Assembly: GCA_965140415.1 (NCBI GenBank)
Contig: OZ223209.1
Location: forward strand, 2,816,001 to 2,880,000
Reading direction: 5' to 3'
Source: Myxococcota bacterium
GTDB lineage: Bacteria > Myxococcota_A > SURF-8
Length of the DNA: 64,000 nucleotides
Shown here: positions 50,874 to 61,012 of the stretch, one piece after another
Layout: each line of letters begins with the position of its first letter
How positions within the stretch are numbered: position 1 is the stretch's first letter
Notes under the pieces: model-generated
Databases searched by the model: none
Seen by the model: only the letters and a program-made list of their open reading frames with translations
What the model was told of the DNA's origin: nothing
Program-made: the position numbers and the translations under genes

Positions 50874-52352
50874 ATGGGATCTTATATTCTTGCCATCGAT
50901 CAAGGAACAACCAGTTCACGCGCCATTATCCTGGACCGCGACCTTACGGTTAAAGGCGTCGGTCAGAAAGAATTCCAGCAGCATTTCCCGAATCCGGGTT
51001 GGGTGGAACACGATCCCGAGCAGATATGGGAAAGTGTTACTGTCTCTATTGCTACGGCATTAGAAAAAGCTGGAATTTCTGGAGAAGAAATTGCGGGTAT
51101 CGGTATTACCAACCAGCGCGAAACAATCGTAGTTTGGGACAAGGAGAGCGGTAAACCGGAATACAACGCGATTGTCTGGCAGTGCCGCCGGTCCATGGAC
51201 ATTTGTAACAACTTGAAAAAACAGGGGTTGGAGTCGAAATTCACACGGCGCACAGGCTTATTGCTCGATCCGTATTTCAGCGGAACGAAGCTCTCCTGGA
51301 TGTTCGAAAATGTTGAAGGCTTACGTGAAAAGGCCGAAAAGGAAAACCTACAGGCGGGTACGATCGACTGCTTCCTGGTTCATCGCCTTTCCGGTAGGCA
51401 GGCTCATGTCACCGATGTCAGCAACGCCTGTCGCACACTTTTAATGAACATTCAAACCCTGCAATGGGATGATGAACTGGCGCAAGCCTTGAATGTCCCT
51501 ATGAGTATTCTGCCGCAGATTGCAAGCTGCTCAGAAGTTTATGCCAAAACGAAAGGCTTGGACGTTCTCCCTGATGGTATTCCCATTTGCGGTATGGCAG
51601 GAGACCAGCAGGCGGCGCTTTTCGGACAGGCCTGTTTCGAACCCGGTGATGCGAAATGTACTTATGGCACCGGTGCGTTTCTTTTAATGAATACCGGCGA
51701 GCGTGCCGTACCCAGCTACAATCGACTGCTGACAACTGTGGCATGGAAGCTGGGTGATAAGACCACTTATGCTTTGGAAGGTAGCGCTTTTATTGCGGGG
51801 GCCGCAGTGCAGTGGCTACGGGATGGATTACAGATCATTTCTGAGAGTTCCGAAGTAGAGGCGCTGGCGCGTCAGGTAGATTCATCTGATGGTGTGGTGC
51901 TTGTCCCTGCTTTTGCCGGACTGGGTGCGCCACATTGGAGAGCGGAAGCACGAGGCATCTTAACTGGTATGACGCGCGGAACGACCAAGGCGCATATCGC
52001 ACGTGCAGCGCTGGAAGGTATTGCATTGCAGAACTTCGAATTGCTTTCTGCGATGGAGTCGGATTCCGAAACAAAGCTTAGGGAACTGAAGGTGGATGGT
52101 GGTGCAAGCGCGAACAACCTGCTGATGCAGTTCCAGTCCGATATCTTACAGTGCGATATTGTAAGACCAAAAATGCTGGAAACCACGGCTTTAGGAGCGG
52201 CTTTCTTGGCTGGCTTGGCTGTGGAGTATTGGAAGGGATTAGACGATATTCGCAATGCTTGGAAGGAAGACCGTTCTTTCACACCTCAGATGGATGCATC
52301 AAAGCGAGAAAATCACATCGAGCAGTGGAAAGCGGCGATTGAGAAGGCTTGA
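50874..52352 (+). CDS. glpK: Glycerol kinase
   Basis: DQGTTSSR, ITNQRET, GDQQAALFGQ, KCTYGTG and VDGG. ATG 50874 follows GGAGG. Confidence 0.97.
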   Translation: MGSYILAIDQGTTSSRAIILDRDLTVKGVGQKEFQQHFPNPGWVEHDPEQIWESVTVSIATALEKAGISGEEIAGIGITNQRETIVVWDKESGKPEYNAIVWQCRRSMDICNNLKKQGLESKFTRRTGLLLDPYFSGTKLSWMFENVEGLREKAEKENLQAGTIDCFLVHRLSGRQAHVTDVSNACRTLLMNIQTLQWDDELAQALNVPMSILPQIASCSEVYAKTKGLDVLPDGIPICGMAGDQQAALFGQACFEPGDAKCTYGTGAFLLMNTGERAVPSYNRLLTTVAWKLGDKTTYALEGSAFIAGAAVQWLRDGLQIISESSEVEALARQVDSSDGVVLVPAFAGLGAPHWRAEARGILTGMTRGTTKAHIARAALEGIALQNFELLSAMESDSETKLRELKVDGGASANNLLMQFQSDILQCDIVRPKMLETTALGAAFLAGLAVEYWKGLDDIRNAWKEDRSFTPQMDASKRENHIEQWKAAIEKA

Positions 52353-52454
52353 TTCCAAGAAATTCGTGATAGTGGCGGAATGGATACTGATACACCATTC
52401 TTTTTAATAGCAGACATTGCTTACTGTAATCTGAGTTACTGAAGGAGGAAAAAG

Positions 52455-53636
52455 ATGAGAGATGTTGTTGTTGTAGGTATGGCGCGTACGCCTATCGGTT
52501 CGTTTGGTGGCTCTCTGAAGCCCTTGCTTTCTTATGAACTGGGAACCATCGCAGTAAAAGAAGCGATCAAGCGCTCCGGTTTGGAAGATCTTTCGCAGAT
52601 CGATGACGTTCTGATCGGTAACTGCTTTATGCGCACCGATGAAATCAATGTGGCACGTTGTATCGGTCTAAGCTCCGGCATTCCGTTCACTACTCCGGCT
52701 TCTACGATTCAGCGTCAATGCGCTTCCGGTATGCAGGCCATCGTGTTTGGCGCCCAGAAAATCTGGCTGGAAGAATGCGATATCGTGGTCGCCGGTGGTA
52801 CCGAGTCGATGTCTAACGTCCCTTACGTCCTTAAAGATATGCGCTGGGGAGCGCGTCAACTGGATGTTAAGGCAACCGATTCTCTCTTTGAGGGCTTGAG
52901 CGATCCCTTCGAGCACATCCTGATGGGGATCACGGCGGAGAACTTGGCTACGAAACACAATATCAGCCGTGAAGAACAGGATGAAGTGGCTTTGATGTCG
53001 CAGACTCGTGCATTGAAGGCCATTGATGAAGGTTGGTTCAAGGAAGAAATCATTCCGGTTCCAGTACCGCAGCGCAGAGGCGATCCGGTCATGTTCGATA
53101 CAGACGAACATCCCCGCAAGGGAGCGACGCTGGAATCGTTGGGCAAACTCCGCGCAGCCTTCAAAAAAGACGGCACCGTGACGGCCGGTAACGCTTCCGG
53201 TTTGAACGATGGCGCGGCGGCCATGGTATTGATGAGCCTGGATAAAGCCAATGAACTGGGATTGAAGCCGATCTGCCGTATCGTTGCTCATTCGGTTGCA
53301 GGTGTCGAACCTGAATTGATGGGTTACGGTCCTGTTCCGGCCATTCAGAAACTGATGAAGAAAACCGGTTTCACGTTGGACGATTTCGACCTGATCGAGT
53401 TGAATGAAGCCTTTGCTGCCCAGTATCTCGCTTGTGAGAAACTGTTGGAACTGGATCGGGAAAAGACGAATATCGTCGGTTCCGGTATCGCACTGGGTCA
53501 TCCGGTCGGCGCAACGGGCGCTCGCATCACCATCAGTCTGATCCACAACCTCAAGCGCTTGGGTCTCAAGCGTGGTCTGGCTTCCTTGTGTGTCGGTGGT
53601 GGTATGGGTAAGGCGATCGTGGTTGAAATGATCTAG
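52455..53636 (+). CDS. Acetyl-CoA C-acetyltransferase (thiolase)
   Basis: [17 protein letters not shown] and CVGGG. Confidence 0.96.
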   Translation: MRDVVVVGMARTPIGSFGGSLKPLLSYELGTIAVKEAIKRSGLEDLSQIDDVLIGNCFMRTDEINVARCIGLSSGIPFTTPASTIQRQCASGMQAIVFGAQKIWLEECDIVVAGGTESMSNVPYVLKDMRWGARQLDVKATDSLFEGLSDPFEHILMGITAENLATKHNISREEQDEVALMSQTRALKAIDEGWFKEEIIPVPVPQRRGDPVMFDTDEHPRKGATLESLGKLRAAFKKDGTVTAGNASGLNDGAAAMVLMSLDKANELGLKPICRIVAHSVAGVEPELMGYGPVPAIQKLMKKTGFTLDDFDLIELNEAFAAQYLACEKLLELDREKTNIVGSGIALGHPVGATGARITISLIHNLKRLGLKRGLASLCVGGGMGKAIVVEMI

Positions 53637-53659
53637 TTTTCTTATCGAAGTTACATAAG

Positions 53660-53690
53660 AAAAGGGCGCACCGTTTGGTGCGCCCTTTTT
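53660..53690. terminator. Bidirectional intrinsic terminator
   Basis: AAAAGGGCGCACC-GTTT-GGTGCGCCCTTTTT perfect stem. Confidence 0.9.
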
Positions 53691-53713
53691 AATGTCTTAA
53701 TAGAAACAGATGG

Positions 53714-55117
53714 TTACTCATCCATATTCTGTACCGCAATCTGAATGAGATCCAGGTAGTATTCGGAAGACTGCTCGTGAGTCAACTTCATATCACTCAT
53801 GCGAATGGCTGCCGCCCATGGGATGGCGTTGAACATGACGCTGTCGAAAATCACACGCTCATCAGCGTTACTGTCGATATCCGAAAGACGATAGCCTTCG
53901 GTGCATCCGTAAAGGTTGATTTTATCGTTTGCAAAGCTATTGCCGGTCGGAATGCCGGGGAAAGAGCTTTCTCCAACTACATGGATAAAGTCTGCGTTTA
54001 AATCGACTAGGCGATCTTCCAAGCCGCCTTCAATGCAGAATTGGTTCATCAGGAATTCCTGACAGGCCGGGCACCAACCCGCGCTGACGAGGATAAACAG
54101 CGTTTTGGTTTCTGGATGATCGCAGCGGTATTGCGCCAGATCGAGACCGGTAATTTCATCGTAATGATACGCGCCGGGCCAGGAAAGTGGGGGTACGGTG
54201 CCGGGTTCCGGTTCTGTTTTACCGGGTTCAGGTCCGAGGAAGTAATAAGGAGGTTCTGGGTACCCGCAATCCACTTCAGGCTTGTCCAAGTGGACGTAAC
54301 CGGGATCTTTTACCATAACGGAAAACGTATAGGTATCCAGGCACCAGACATCGCCGTTTTCAACCGGAGTGGTCGTCATATCCTGTGCAATCGTGACCTG
54401 CTGTAGCGCAACGTTATTGAAAGTAACGCTCAACATATCTCCGGGGACATCGCTGATTTCGCTGATTACGATTTCCCCGCCTTGAGCCGGCATATAGGTT
54501 CGACCGCAATAGCGGACTCCCTGGTCGTTGTAATCGCAGTTGTACTCAAAGACCATGCAGTTGGCGCAGGTTGCATAACTGGTTTCATCTTCACCGATCG
54601 GATACGTTCCAGGCTCTGTCGGGGCTCCATTTCCTTTCCACATTTCAAAACGGAGTACATTCATGGGATAACGGGCTTGTGAATAGCCTTTATAAGACCA
54701 AAGAGTTTCGTCCTGATCGTCTAACAGAAGGTCTACACGTTCCACTTCGGGAGCATAGCCGGTACGATTGCAGGAGAGTTGAGGAATATCGCCATCAACA
54801 TTTGTGTCACCATCGGTGGTGTCGCCATCTACGGTTGTGTCCCCATCAGGAGTATCTCCGTCGATTACATCCCCGTCCGTGTTGTCGCCATCTACATTCG
54901 TATCTCCATCGATACCATCTCCGTCCGGCTCTGTGTCTCCATCTGTTGTCGTGTCGCCGTCACTCGATGTGTCAGTTTCAGATAATTCGGAATCTCCATC
55001 CGTGGTGTTGCCGGTATCATCATCGTCTCCACAACTATAAATTGAAATGGAGAGGAGAACGATCAATGCAAAATGTAGCATTGTTTGTGTCCAAGAAGGA
55101 AGGGGGGCTTTAGTCAT
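53714..55117 (-). CDS. DGD-linker lipoprotein with thioredoxin-like domain (paralog of 25154..26800)
   Basis: Lipobox IYSC, DGD tract, SAGWCPAC, and shared C-terminus IPWAAAIRMSDMKLTH..YYLD. Confidence 0.8.
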   Translation of the reverse strand: MTKAPLPSWTQTMLHFALIVLLSISIYSCGDDDDTGNTTDGDSELSETDTSSDGDTTTDGDTEPDGDGIDGDTNVDGDNTDGDVIDGDTPDGDTTVDGDTTDGDTNVDGDIPQLSCNRTGYAPEVERVDLLLDDQDETLWSYKGYSQARYPMNVLRFEMWKGNGAPTEPGTYPIGEDETSYATCANCMVFEYNCDYNDQGVRYCGRTYMPAQGGEIVISEISDVPGDMLSVTFNNVALQQVTIAQDMTTTPVENGDVWCLDTYTFSVMVKDPGYVHLDKPEVDCGYPEPPYYFLGPEPGKTEPEPGTVPPLSWPGAYHYDEITGLDLAQYRCDHPETKTLFILVSAGWCPACQEFLMNQFCIEGGLEDRLVDLNADFIHVVGESSFPGIPTGNSFANDKINLYGCTEGYRLSDIDSNADERVIFDSVMFNAIPWAAAIRMSDMKLTHEQSSEYYLDLIQIAVQNMDE

Positions 55118-55295
55118 AGGAATCTCCTGCTGTGTAATGTTCCGGTTGTATCTCGCCAAAGGTCGATTATTTTTCGTTTATAGCATGGGCGAAATTGGTT
55201 GTTGATTGTCCTTAGCGTGGCCAGTCTTCTTCCAAAATTACTACGATAGGAAGCCGAAAGGTAAGATATGCCACAGTAAAAGTAATATTGTCCAG

Positions 55296-55327
55296 AAAAA
55301 AAACCGGCCCGGAAGACCGGGCCGGTT
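55296..55327 (-). terminator. Intrinsic terminator
   Basis: A-run followed by AACCGGCCCGG/CCGGGCCGGTT. Confidence 0.85.
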
Positions 55328-55354
55328 CGCTCACCTTGAAAATGTGAACCGGAA

Positions 55355-57163
55355 TTAACCGCAGAAGTCGCCGATGTAGCACATGGTGCTGTCGCCGACC
55401 GGACCGCAGCAGCCACCGCCGTAACCGGAGGCAGTACAGTCGCTGTCGCTCGTGCAGTCTCCCGCACACCAGGAAACACCGCAGTAACCTTCCACACACA
55501 CACCGCGGCTACCGACAACGGAGGCGCAGTCGGCTGCGGAAGTGCAGGGGGCAGGTTGGGAGGTGCTGGCATCGGCATGCATTCCAATGCAGTTCAGACC
55601 AGACTGACAGTTTCCGGCATCGGCATTGACCGAACCAAATGCACAGGCTTCACCCGCAGCCTGATCGCCAGTGCCACCACCACAGAAGTCTGCAATGTAA
55701 CACATGGTATCGCTTCCGACCGGGCCACAGCAACCACCGCCATAACCGGCAGCATTACAATCCGAATCGCTAGAACAGCTTTCAGCACACCAGGCAACAC
55801 CGCAGTAACCCTGAGCACATTCGCCACGGCTACCGACAACAGCGGTACAATCCGCGTCGCTGGTACAAGCTGCCGGTTGAGAAGTGGAAGCGTCGGCGTA
55901 CATGCCGATACAGCTCGCGCCGCTTTCGCAATCGCCGGCGTTGGCATTGACAACACCGAAGGTGCAGTCTTCACCAGGAGCCTGATCGCCAGTGCCGCCG
56001 CTACAGAAATCCGCGATGTAGCACATGTTGTCGCTTCCGACCGGACCACAGCAGCCACCGCCATAACCGGCAGCATTACAGTCCGCATCGGTCGTACAGC
56101 TTTCAGCACACCAAGAGACTCCACAGTAGCCTTGGGCACATTCGCCACGGCTACCGACAACGGCGGTGCAATCCGCATCGCTGGTGCAAGCTGCCGGTTG
56201 AGTGCTGGAAGCGTCGGCATACAGACCAATGCAGTTTCCGCCGCTTTCGCAATTGCCAGCATTGGCATTGACAACACCGAAGGTGCAGTCTTCACCAGGA
56301 GCCTGATCGCCAGTACCGCCGCTACAGAAGTCCGCGATGTAGCACATGTTCGTGTCGCCAACCGGACCACAACAGGCGCCATTTCCGAGCGCCGAGCAAT
56401 CGGCGTCCGTATTACAGGCCGCGGTGCACCAGGAAACGCCGCAATAACCCTGGGCGCAAACGCCCTGGCTGCCGACGACGGAAGTGCAATCCGAATCGGT
56501 CATACAAGGAGCGGGTTGGTCCGTGTTGGTATCCGCGTACATACCGATGCAGTCGTAACCAGATTGGCAATCACCGGCATTGGGATTGACTACGCCGAAC
56601 GTACAGGCACCACCCGGTTGTCCGGGATTGACAACGGTGTCTTCCACACAAGCGCCGTTTTCTTCATGATAACCATTGTCGCATTCGCAACGATTGGTCA
56701 TGGTGTTGCAATGCGCATGAAGTGGGCAGCCACCGCAAGGATCGCTGGTGTCGCCGTCGACCACGTTGTCGCCGTCAACTACATTGTCACCATCAACTAC
56801 ATTGTCACCGTCGACTACATTGTCACCATCAACGACATTGTCGCCGTCAACGACATTGTCGCCGTCAACTACGTTGTCGCCGTCAGTGGTGTTATCACCA
56901 TCAACAACGTTATCACCGTCAGTCGTGGTGTTGTCGCCGTCAGTCGTCGTGTTATCGCCGTCGGTCGTGGTGTTGTCGCCGTCTGTGATCGGCGGGTTAT
57001 ACGGATTGTTGGGGTTGTTGGGGTTGCTGGGACCGTCACCATCGGCGATTGTGGTATCACCATCGGTGTCATCGGTGTCTTCATCTTCGCCGCCGCAGCC
57101 GAAAGCAAACAGGGCTAAGATCAGCACTGCCAGCAAAAGAATAGAGTGCCATCTTTTTTCCAT
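55355..57163 (-). CDS. DGD-repeat lipoprotein with EGF-like module and four 14-Cys repeats
   Basis: Start MEKRW follows AAGGAGG; lipobox AFGC; (DGDNVV)n; about 107-aa repeats. Confidence 0.85.
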   Translation of the reverse strand: MEKRWHSILLLAVLILALFAFGCGGEDEDTDDTDGDTTIADGDGPSNPNNPNNPYNPPITDGDNTTTDGDNTTTDGDNTTTDGDNVVDGDNTTDGDNVVDGDNVVDGDNVVDGDNVVDGDNVVDGDNVVDGDNVVDGDTSDPCGGCPLHAHCNTMTNRCECDNGYHEENGACVEDTVVNPGQPGGACTFGVVNPNAGDCQSGYDCIGMYADTNTDQPAPCMTDSDCTSVVGSQGVCAQGYCGVSWCTAACNTDADCSALGNGACCGPVGDTNMCYIADFCSGGTGDQAPGEDCTFGVVNANAGNCESGGNCIGLYADASSTQPAACTSDADCTAVVGSRGECAQGYCGVSWCAESCTTDADCNAAGYGGGCCGPVGSDNMCYIADFCSGGTGDQAPGEDCTFGVVNANAGDCESGASCIGMYADASTSQPAACTSDADCTAVVGSRGECAQGYCGVAWCAESCSSDSDCNAAGYGGGCCGPVGSDTMCYIADFCGGGTGDQAAGEACAFGSVNADAGNCQSGLNCIGMHADASTSQPAPCTSAADCASVVGSRGVCVEGYCGVSWCAGDCTSDSDCTASGYGGGCCGPVGDSTMCYIGDFCG

Positions 57164-57326
57164 AACCTGATTCCTCCTTAACATTTCACACATGGCGTTG
57201 CACTACAATAAAACGGTTTTCTCTACCATGATTCTTTACCAAGAGTCAATTGAAAACCTGTATCCGCTACATGGCACAACGCCGACCAGGGTTAAAAACA
57301 AGTAATTTCAAGAATAAACACCTTGT

Positions 57327-58625
57327 TTATTCGCAAAAATCGCTGATATAGCACATGTTGTTGCTTCCAACCGGACCACAGCAGCCGCCGCCGTAACCGG
57401 ATGCCGTGCAATCCGAGTCGGTGGAACAACTTTCAGCGCACCAAGAAACACCACAATATCCTCCAACGCACACTCCGGTGCTACCAACTGTAGAGGTACA
57501 GTCAACTGCCGTCTCACAAGGGGCTGGGCTTGAAGTAGATGAATCGGCATGTAAACCGATGCAGCTAGAACCGGATCGGCAATCACCTGCATTTGCGTTT
57601 ACCATTCCAAAGGTACAAGGTTCGCCAGGTGCTTGATCTCCTTCAGGCGGTTCTTCGCAGAAGTCTCCAAGGTAACACATGTTGGAATCTCCGACCGGAC
57701 CGCAGCAACCGCTTCCATATCCTTCATCATTGCAGTCTTCATCGGTGGAGCAGTCTTCGGCACACCAGGAAATTCCGCAGTAACCGTCCGCACATACACC
57801 ACGACTTCCAACGACGGAAGTGCAATCCGCGGCTGACGTACAGGGGGCAGGTTGAACACTGCTGGCATTAGCGTGCATGCCGATACAGTTAGAACTGCTG
57901 TCGCATTCATTGGCCGTGGCATTAACCGAGCCGAAAGGACAGGGAGCGCCGGGACCGGATTCGACTGTGCAAAGGACGCAACCGCCGTTTTCTTCACAAT
58001 AGCCGTTGTCGCATTCACATTGATCAGTGCTTTCATTGCAGTGAGAATGCCAGGGACAGCTACCTCCGCAGGGAAGTCCTTGGTCTTCATCTTCATCGCC
58101 ATCGGGTTGAACGTCGCCATCCGGTTGGTCATCACCATCGGGCTGAAGGTCACCGTCGGGCTGATCATCGCCATCGGGTTGATTATCACCATCGGGTTGG
58201 TAGTCGCCGTCGGGCTGGTAGTCACCATCAGGCTGATCATCGCCATCGGGCTGGTAGTCACCATCGACTACGTTGTCACCGTCGACTACATTGTCGCCAT
58301 CGACTACATTGTCGCCATCGATTACGTTGTCGCCATCGACTATATTGTCGCCATCGACTACATTGTCGCCATCGACTACATTGTCGCCATCGACTACGTT
58401 GTCACCATCGACTACGTTGTCACCGTCTGTGGCGTTATCGCCGTCTGTGGTTATTGGAGGATTCACCGGATTCCACCAACTGGAATCGTCATCGCCATCG
58501 GATTGATGAGTATCGCCATCGGGATCGTCGTTATCATCCACATCATCCTCGCCACCGCAACCCAATACAAGCTGAGACAGGATAAGCGAAACCATTACAA
58601 GCCAATACCATCGTTCACGTCTCAT
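57327..58625 (-). CDS. DGD-repeat lipoprotein with EGF-like module and two 14-Cys repeats (tandem paralog)
   Basis: Lipobox VLGC, (DGDNVV)n then (DGDxQP)n, same Cys module. Confidence 0.85.
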   Translation of the reverse strand: MRRERWYWLVMVSLILSQLVLGCGGEDDVDDNDDPDGDTHQSDGDDDSSWWNPVNPPITTDGDNATDGDNVVDGDNVVDGDNVVDGDNVVDGDNIVDGDNVIDGDNVVDGDNVVDGDNVVDGDYQPDGDDQPDGDYQPDGDYQPDGDNQPDGDDQPDGDLQPDGDDQPDGDVQPDGDEDEDQGLPCGGSCPWHSHCNESTDQCECDNGYCEENGGCVLCTVESGPGAPCPFGSVNATANECDSSSNCIGMHANASSVQPAPCTSAADCTSVVGSRGVCADGYCGISWCAEDCSTDEDCNDEGYGSGCCGPVGDSNMCYLGDFCEEPPEGDQAPGEPCTFGMVNANAGDCRSGSSCIGLHADSSTSSPAPCETAVDCTSTVGSTGVCVGGYCGVSWCAESCSTDSDCTASGYGGGCCGPVGSNNMCYISDFCE

Positions 58626-58914
58626 TTAAAGCTCCTCCAATTTTCGGATTTCGTAAGGAAACAAATTATACGGGAAGGATTATTCCTACCCAGATGTTAT
58701 GTTTAAGAACGTGGCGAGATCCTCATCTTACCTAAAACGATTTAGCTTGACAAGAAATATCGTGATATTTGTTGACTGAGGTTAGCCTGTCTTCAAAAAT
58801 ATCAATTGAAATTCTTACTGTGTATGTTCGAAAACAATTAGTAAATACACAGATATATACATCGTTCTGCATGGTTCGCCGAGGTGCTGTGGAACAGATG
58901 TGATGCGCGATGAT

Positions 58915-60015
58915 TCAAGCGCTTTTCTTCTTTTCGTTGCGAATTTGCTCTAGCAGAGATTCGCAGGCATTGAATACTTTCTCAACGGAAAGATCCTGCA
59001 TACACTGGCAAATCGCAGCAGAATGGTTTCGCTTTTTGTAACAAGCACGATTGCAGGTCGGATTGTGGCGCACAACTCGATTTGGTTCCCAGAATGGACC
59101 ATGGATCATAGGATCGGTTGGTCCGTAAAGCCCAACAACGGGTGTTTTCTGCGCTGCCGCCAAATGCAAAGGTCCGGTATCGGGTGAAACCACATAAGCG
59201 CATTGCTCGAAAAACGCAGCCAATTCAAGTAAATTCATGCGTGGGCCCAATAACCCTTTTTGTTTCATTCTACCAATGATTTCTTTGGCAACGGCCTCCT
59301 CGTGATTTCCGTACCAAAGGATAATCGGAGTCAATCCCTGTTCGTTACTGATACGATCCGCCAATTCAGCATACGCATCTATACGCCATTGCTTGATTTT
59401 CTTGGAAGAACACGGGCAAATCGCAACGATTTGGTGAGAACTGAGTTTATAAGGCAGCAAGAAATCTTGTACCACCTTATGGTTTTCCTCGGACAGGGGG
59501 ATCGATACACGATTTGGCGTCATATCTACACCCATCGGCTGCAACAGCGATAGGTTCTGCATGATGGCGTGCTGTTTTCTGGAAACGGAGATTCTGACAT
59601 TATTCAGTAGCCAGCCGCCTTCCGCGAAACGGTTGAAACCGATACGGACGCGTGCGAAAGAAAGCCTGGCAAACAGGGATGACCTCAACAGTGGTTGAAA
59701 TACAATTGCTGCAACTAACTTCATTCGATACAAGCGATGGGCAAAAGCCAGAATCAATCCAACCGCTTTCCAGAACCACTGAAGCGTTTTCAGTTCTTTG
59801 GTTACTTCAGGTCGATCGAAGGAAACAACTTCTAGTTCATCAAAACTCTCAAGAAGATGACGGTATGGTTCATCCACCATCCAGCTAAAGCGGGTGCGTG
59901 GGTAACGTTTTTTCAGTGCGTGATAGGCGGGCAGGGTATGGATAATGTCCCCCAGCGCGCTCATGCGTCCGATCAGCAAATTGAATGGGGTGACACCATG
60001 CAAAGGATCTTTCAT
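58915..60015 (-). CDS. Glycosyltransferase family 9 (LPS heptosyltransferase-like)
   Basis: SALGDIIHTLP and DTGPLHLAAA..GLYGPT. Confidence 0.92.
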   Translation of the reverse strand: MKDPLHGVTPFNLLIGRMSALGDIIHTLPAYHALKKRYPRTRFSWMVDEPYRHLLESFDELEVVSFDRPEVTKELKTLQWFWKAVGLILAFAHRLYRMKLVAAIVFQPLLRSSLFARLSFARVRIGFNRFAEGGWLLNNVRISVSRKQHAIMQNLSLLQPMGVDMTPNRVSIPLSEENHKVVQDFLLPYKLSSHQIVAICPCSSKKIKQWRIDAYAELADRISNEQGLTPIILWYGNHEEAVAKEIIGRMKQKGLLGPRMNLLELAAFFEQCAYVVSPDTGPLHLAAAQKTPVVGLYGPTDPMIHGPFWEPNRVVRHNPTCNRACYKKRNHSAAICQCMQDLSVEKVFNACESLLEQIRNEKKKSA

Positions 60016-60107
60016 TTAGCTTCTCCCAATGAGCCTGGAGTGAGTACGTTGTTTATATATAAAACTTCATCTTTTTACTCCGATTCGCACGTCGTTTCAA
60101 GAGAAAC

Positions 60108-60881
60108 TCAGTGATTTTCGGGAGTCTGTTCGTTTTGTGATGTGGAGTGGTATTTGATCCAGCCTTCAATAAAGGCTGCTCGGGCCAGTCTATATCCATA
60201 AGTGCGGTCCAAAAATCCGGCTTTCAACACATAACTGCGGAAAAATCGCCAGCTTGGTCGAAACGTCCGATCCAGTATAGAGATCCTTTTTCCCTGTTTT
60301 GCCAGACTTTTTGCTGCCAGTTCCCCATAAAGTCGCGCTTTTTCTTCAATTCCTTCAATGTGTTGCGCTGTGACGTGCTCGATTGGTGTGTGCAGTTTAC
60401 CCCAGCGACCATTCAAACAGACATGGTCGTGCGGTTCCATATTTCGGTTCCAATATCCTAACTCGCGCTTGAATAACCTTTTCTGATAGCCTGGCCAATA
60501 TCCGTTATGCTGAAGATGCTTATCTCCAATGAATGTGCGTATTGGAATGCGATAGCCTGAGAATTTTGGAGATTCAAGAGTGGCAAGAATCTCTTTTACC
60601 AATGTGGGAGGGACGACTTCATCCGCATCCAGATTGAGAATCCACTCACCATGGACCATCTTTCGAGCAGCCTCTTTCTGGTCATTGGCTCCGATATATG
60701 GGCGCTGTATAACCGTGGTTGCCATTTCCTTGGCAATTTTTATTGTCTGATCTGTGCTTCCACTATCTATTACCAGTATTTCATCACAAAAGGCGAGTGA
60801 ACTCAGACAATTGGCTATATGCCTTTCTTCGTTCCGGCAAATTATGGTGGCAGAAAGTAGCGGGACAGAAGAAGATTTCAT
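60108..60881 (-). CDS. Glycosyltransferase family 2 (WaaE/KdtX-like)
   Basis: NEE..IDSGSTD, LDADE and FFRSYVLKAGFLD. Confidence 0.9.
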   Translation of the reverse strand: MKSSSVPLLSATIICRNEERHIANCLSSLAFCDEILVIDSGSTDQTIKIAKEMATTVIQRPYIGANDQKEAARKMVHGEWILNLDADEVVPPTLVKEILATLESPKFSGYRIPIRTFIGDKHLQHNGYWPGYQKRLFKRELGYWNRNMEPHDHVCLNGRWGKLHTPIEHVTAQHIEGIEEKARLYGELAAKSLAKQGKRISILDRTFRPSWRFFRSYVLKAGFLDRTYGYRLARAAFIEGWIKYHSTSQNEQTPENH

Positions 60882-61012
60882 TGTTTCACAGGTTCCTTGC
60901 TGATATTGACCTATACCCCTAGCAGATTATCTTGTCTTCTGCCAGTTGCGTGAAGTAAAAAGCGTGATATTTTGAATAAGGGTGTTGATGTCAAAGCCAG
61001 AGTTTCAAGTAT

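Noticed and set aside
55556-58706. Antisense and alternative-frame ORFs (520 aa, 284 aa and others) over the Cys-rich lipoproteins
   Set aside because: They are shadow ORFs from repeat and codon bias, with no recognisable motifs.
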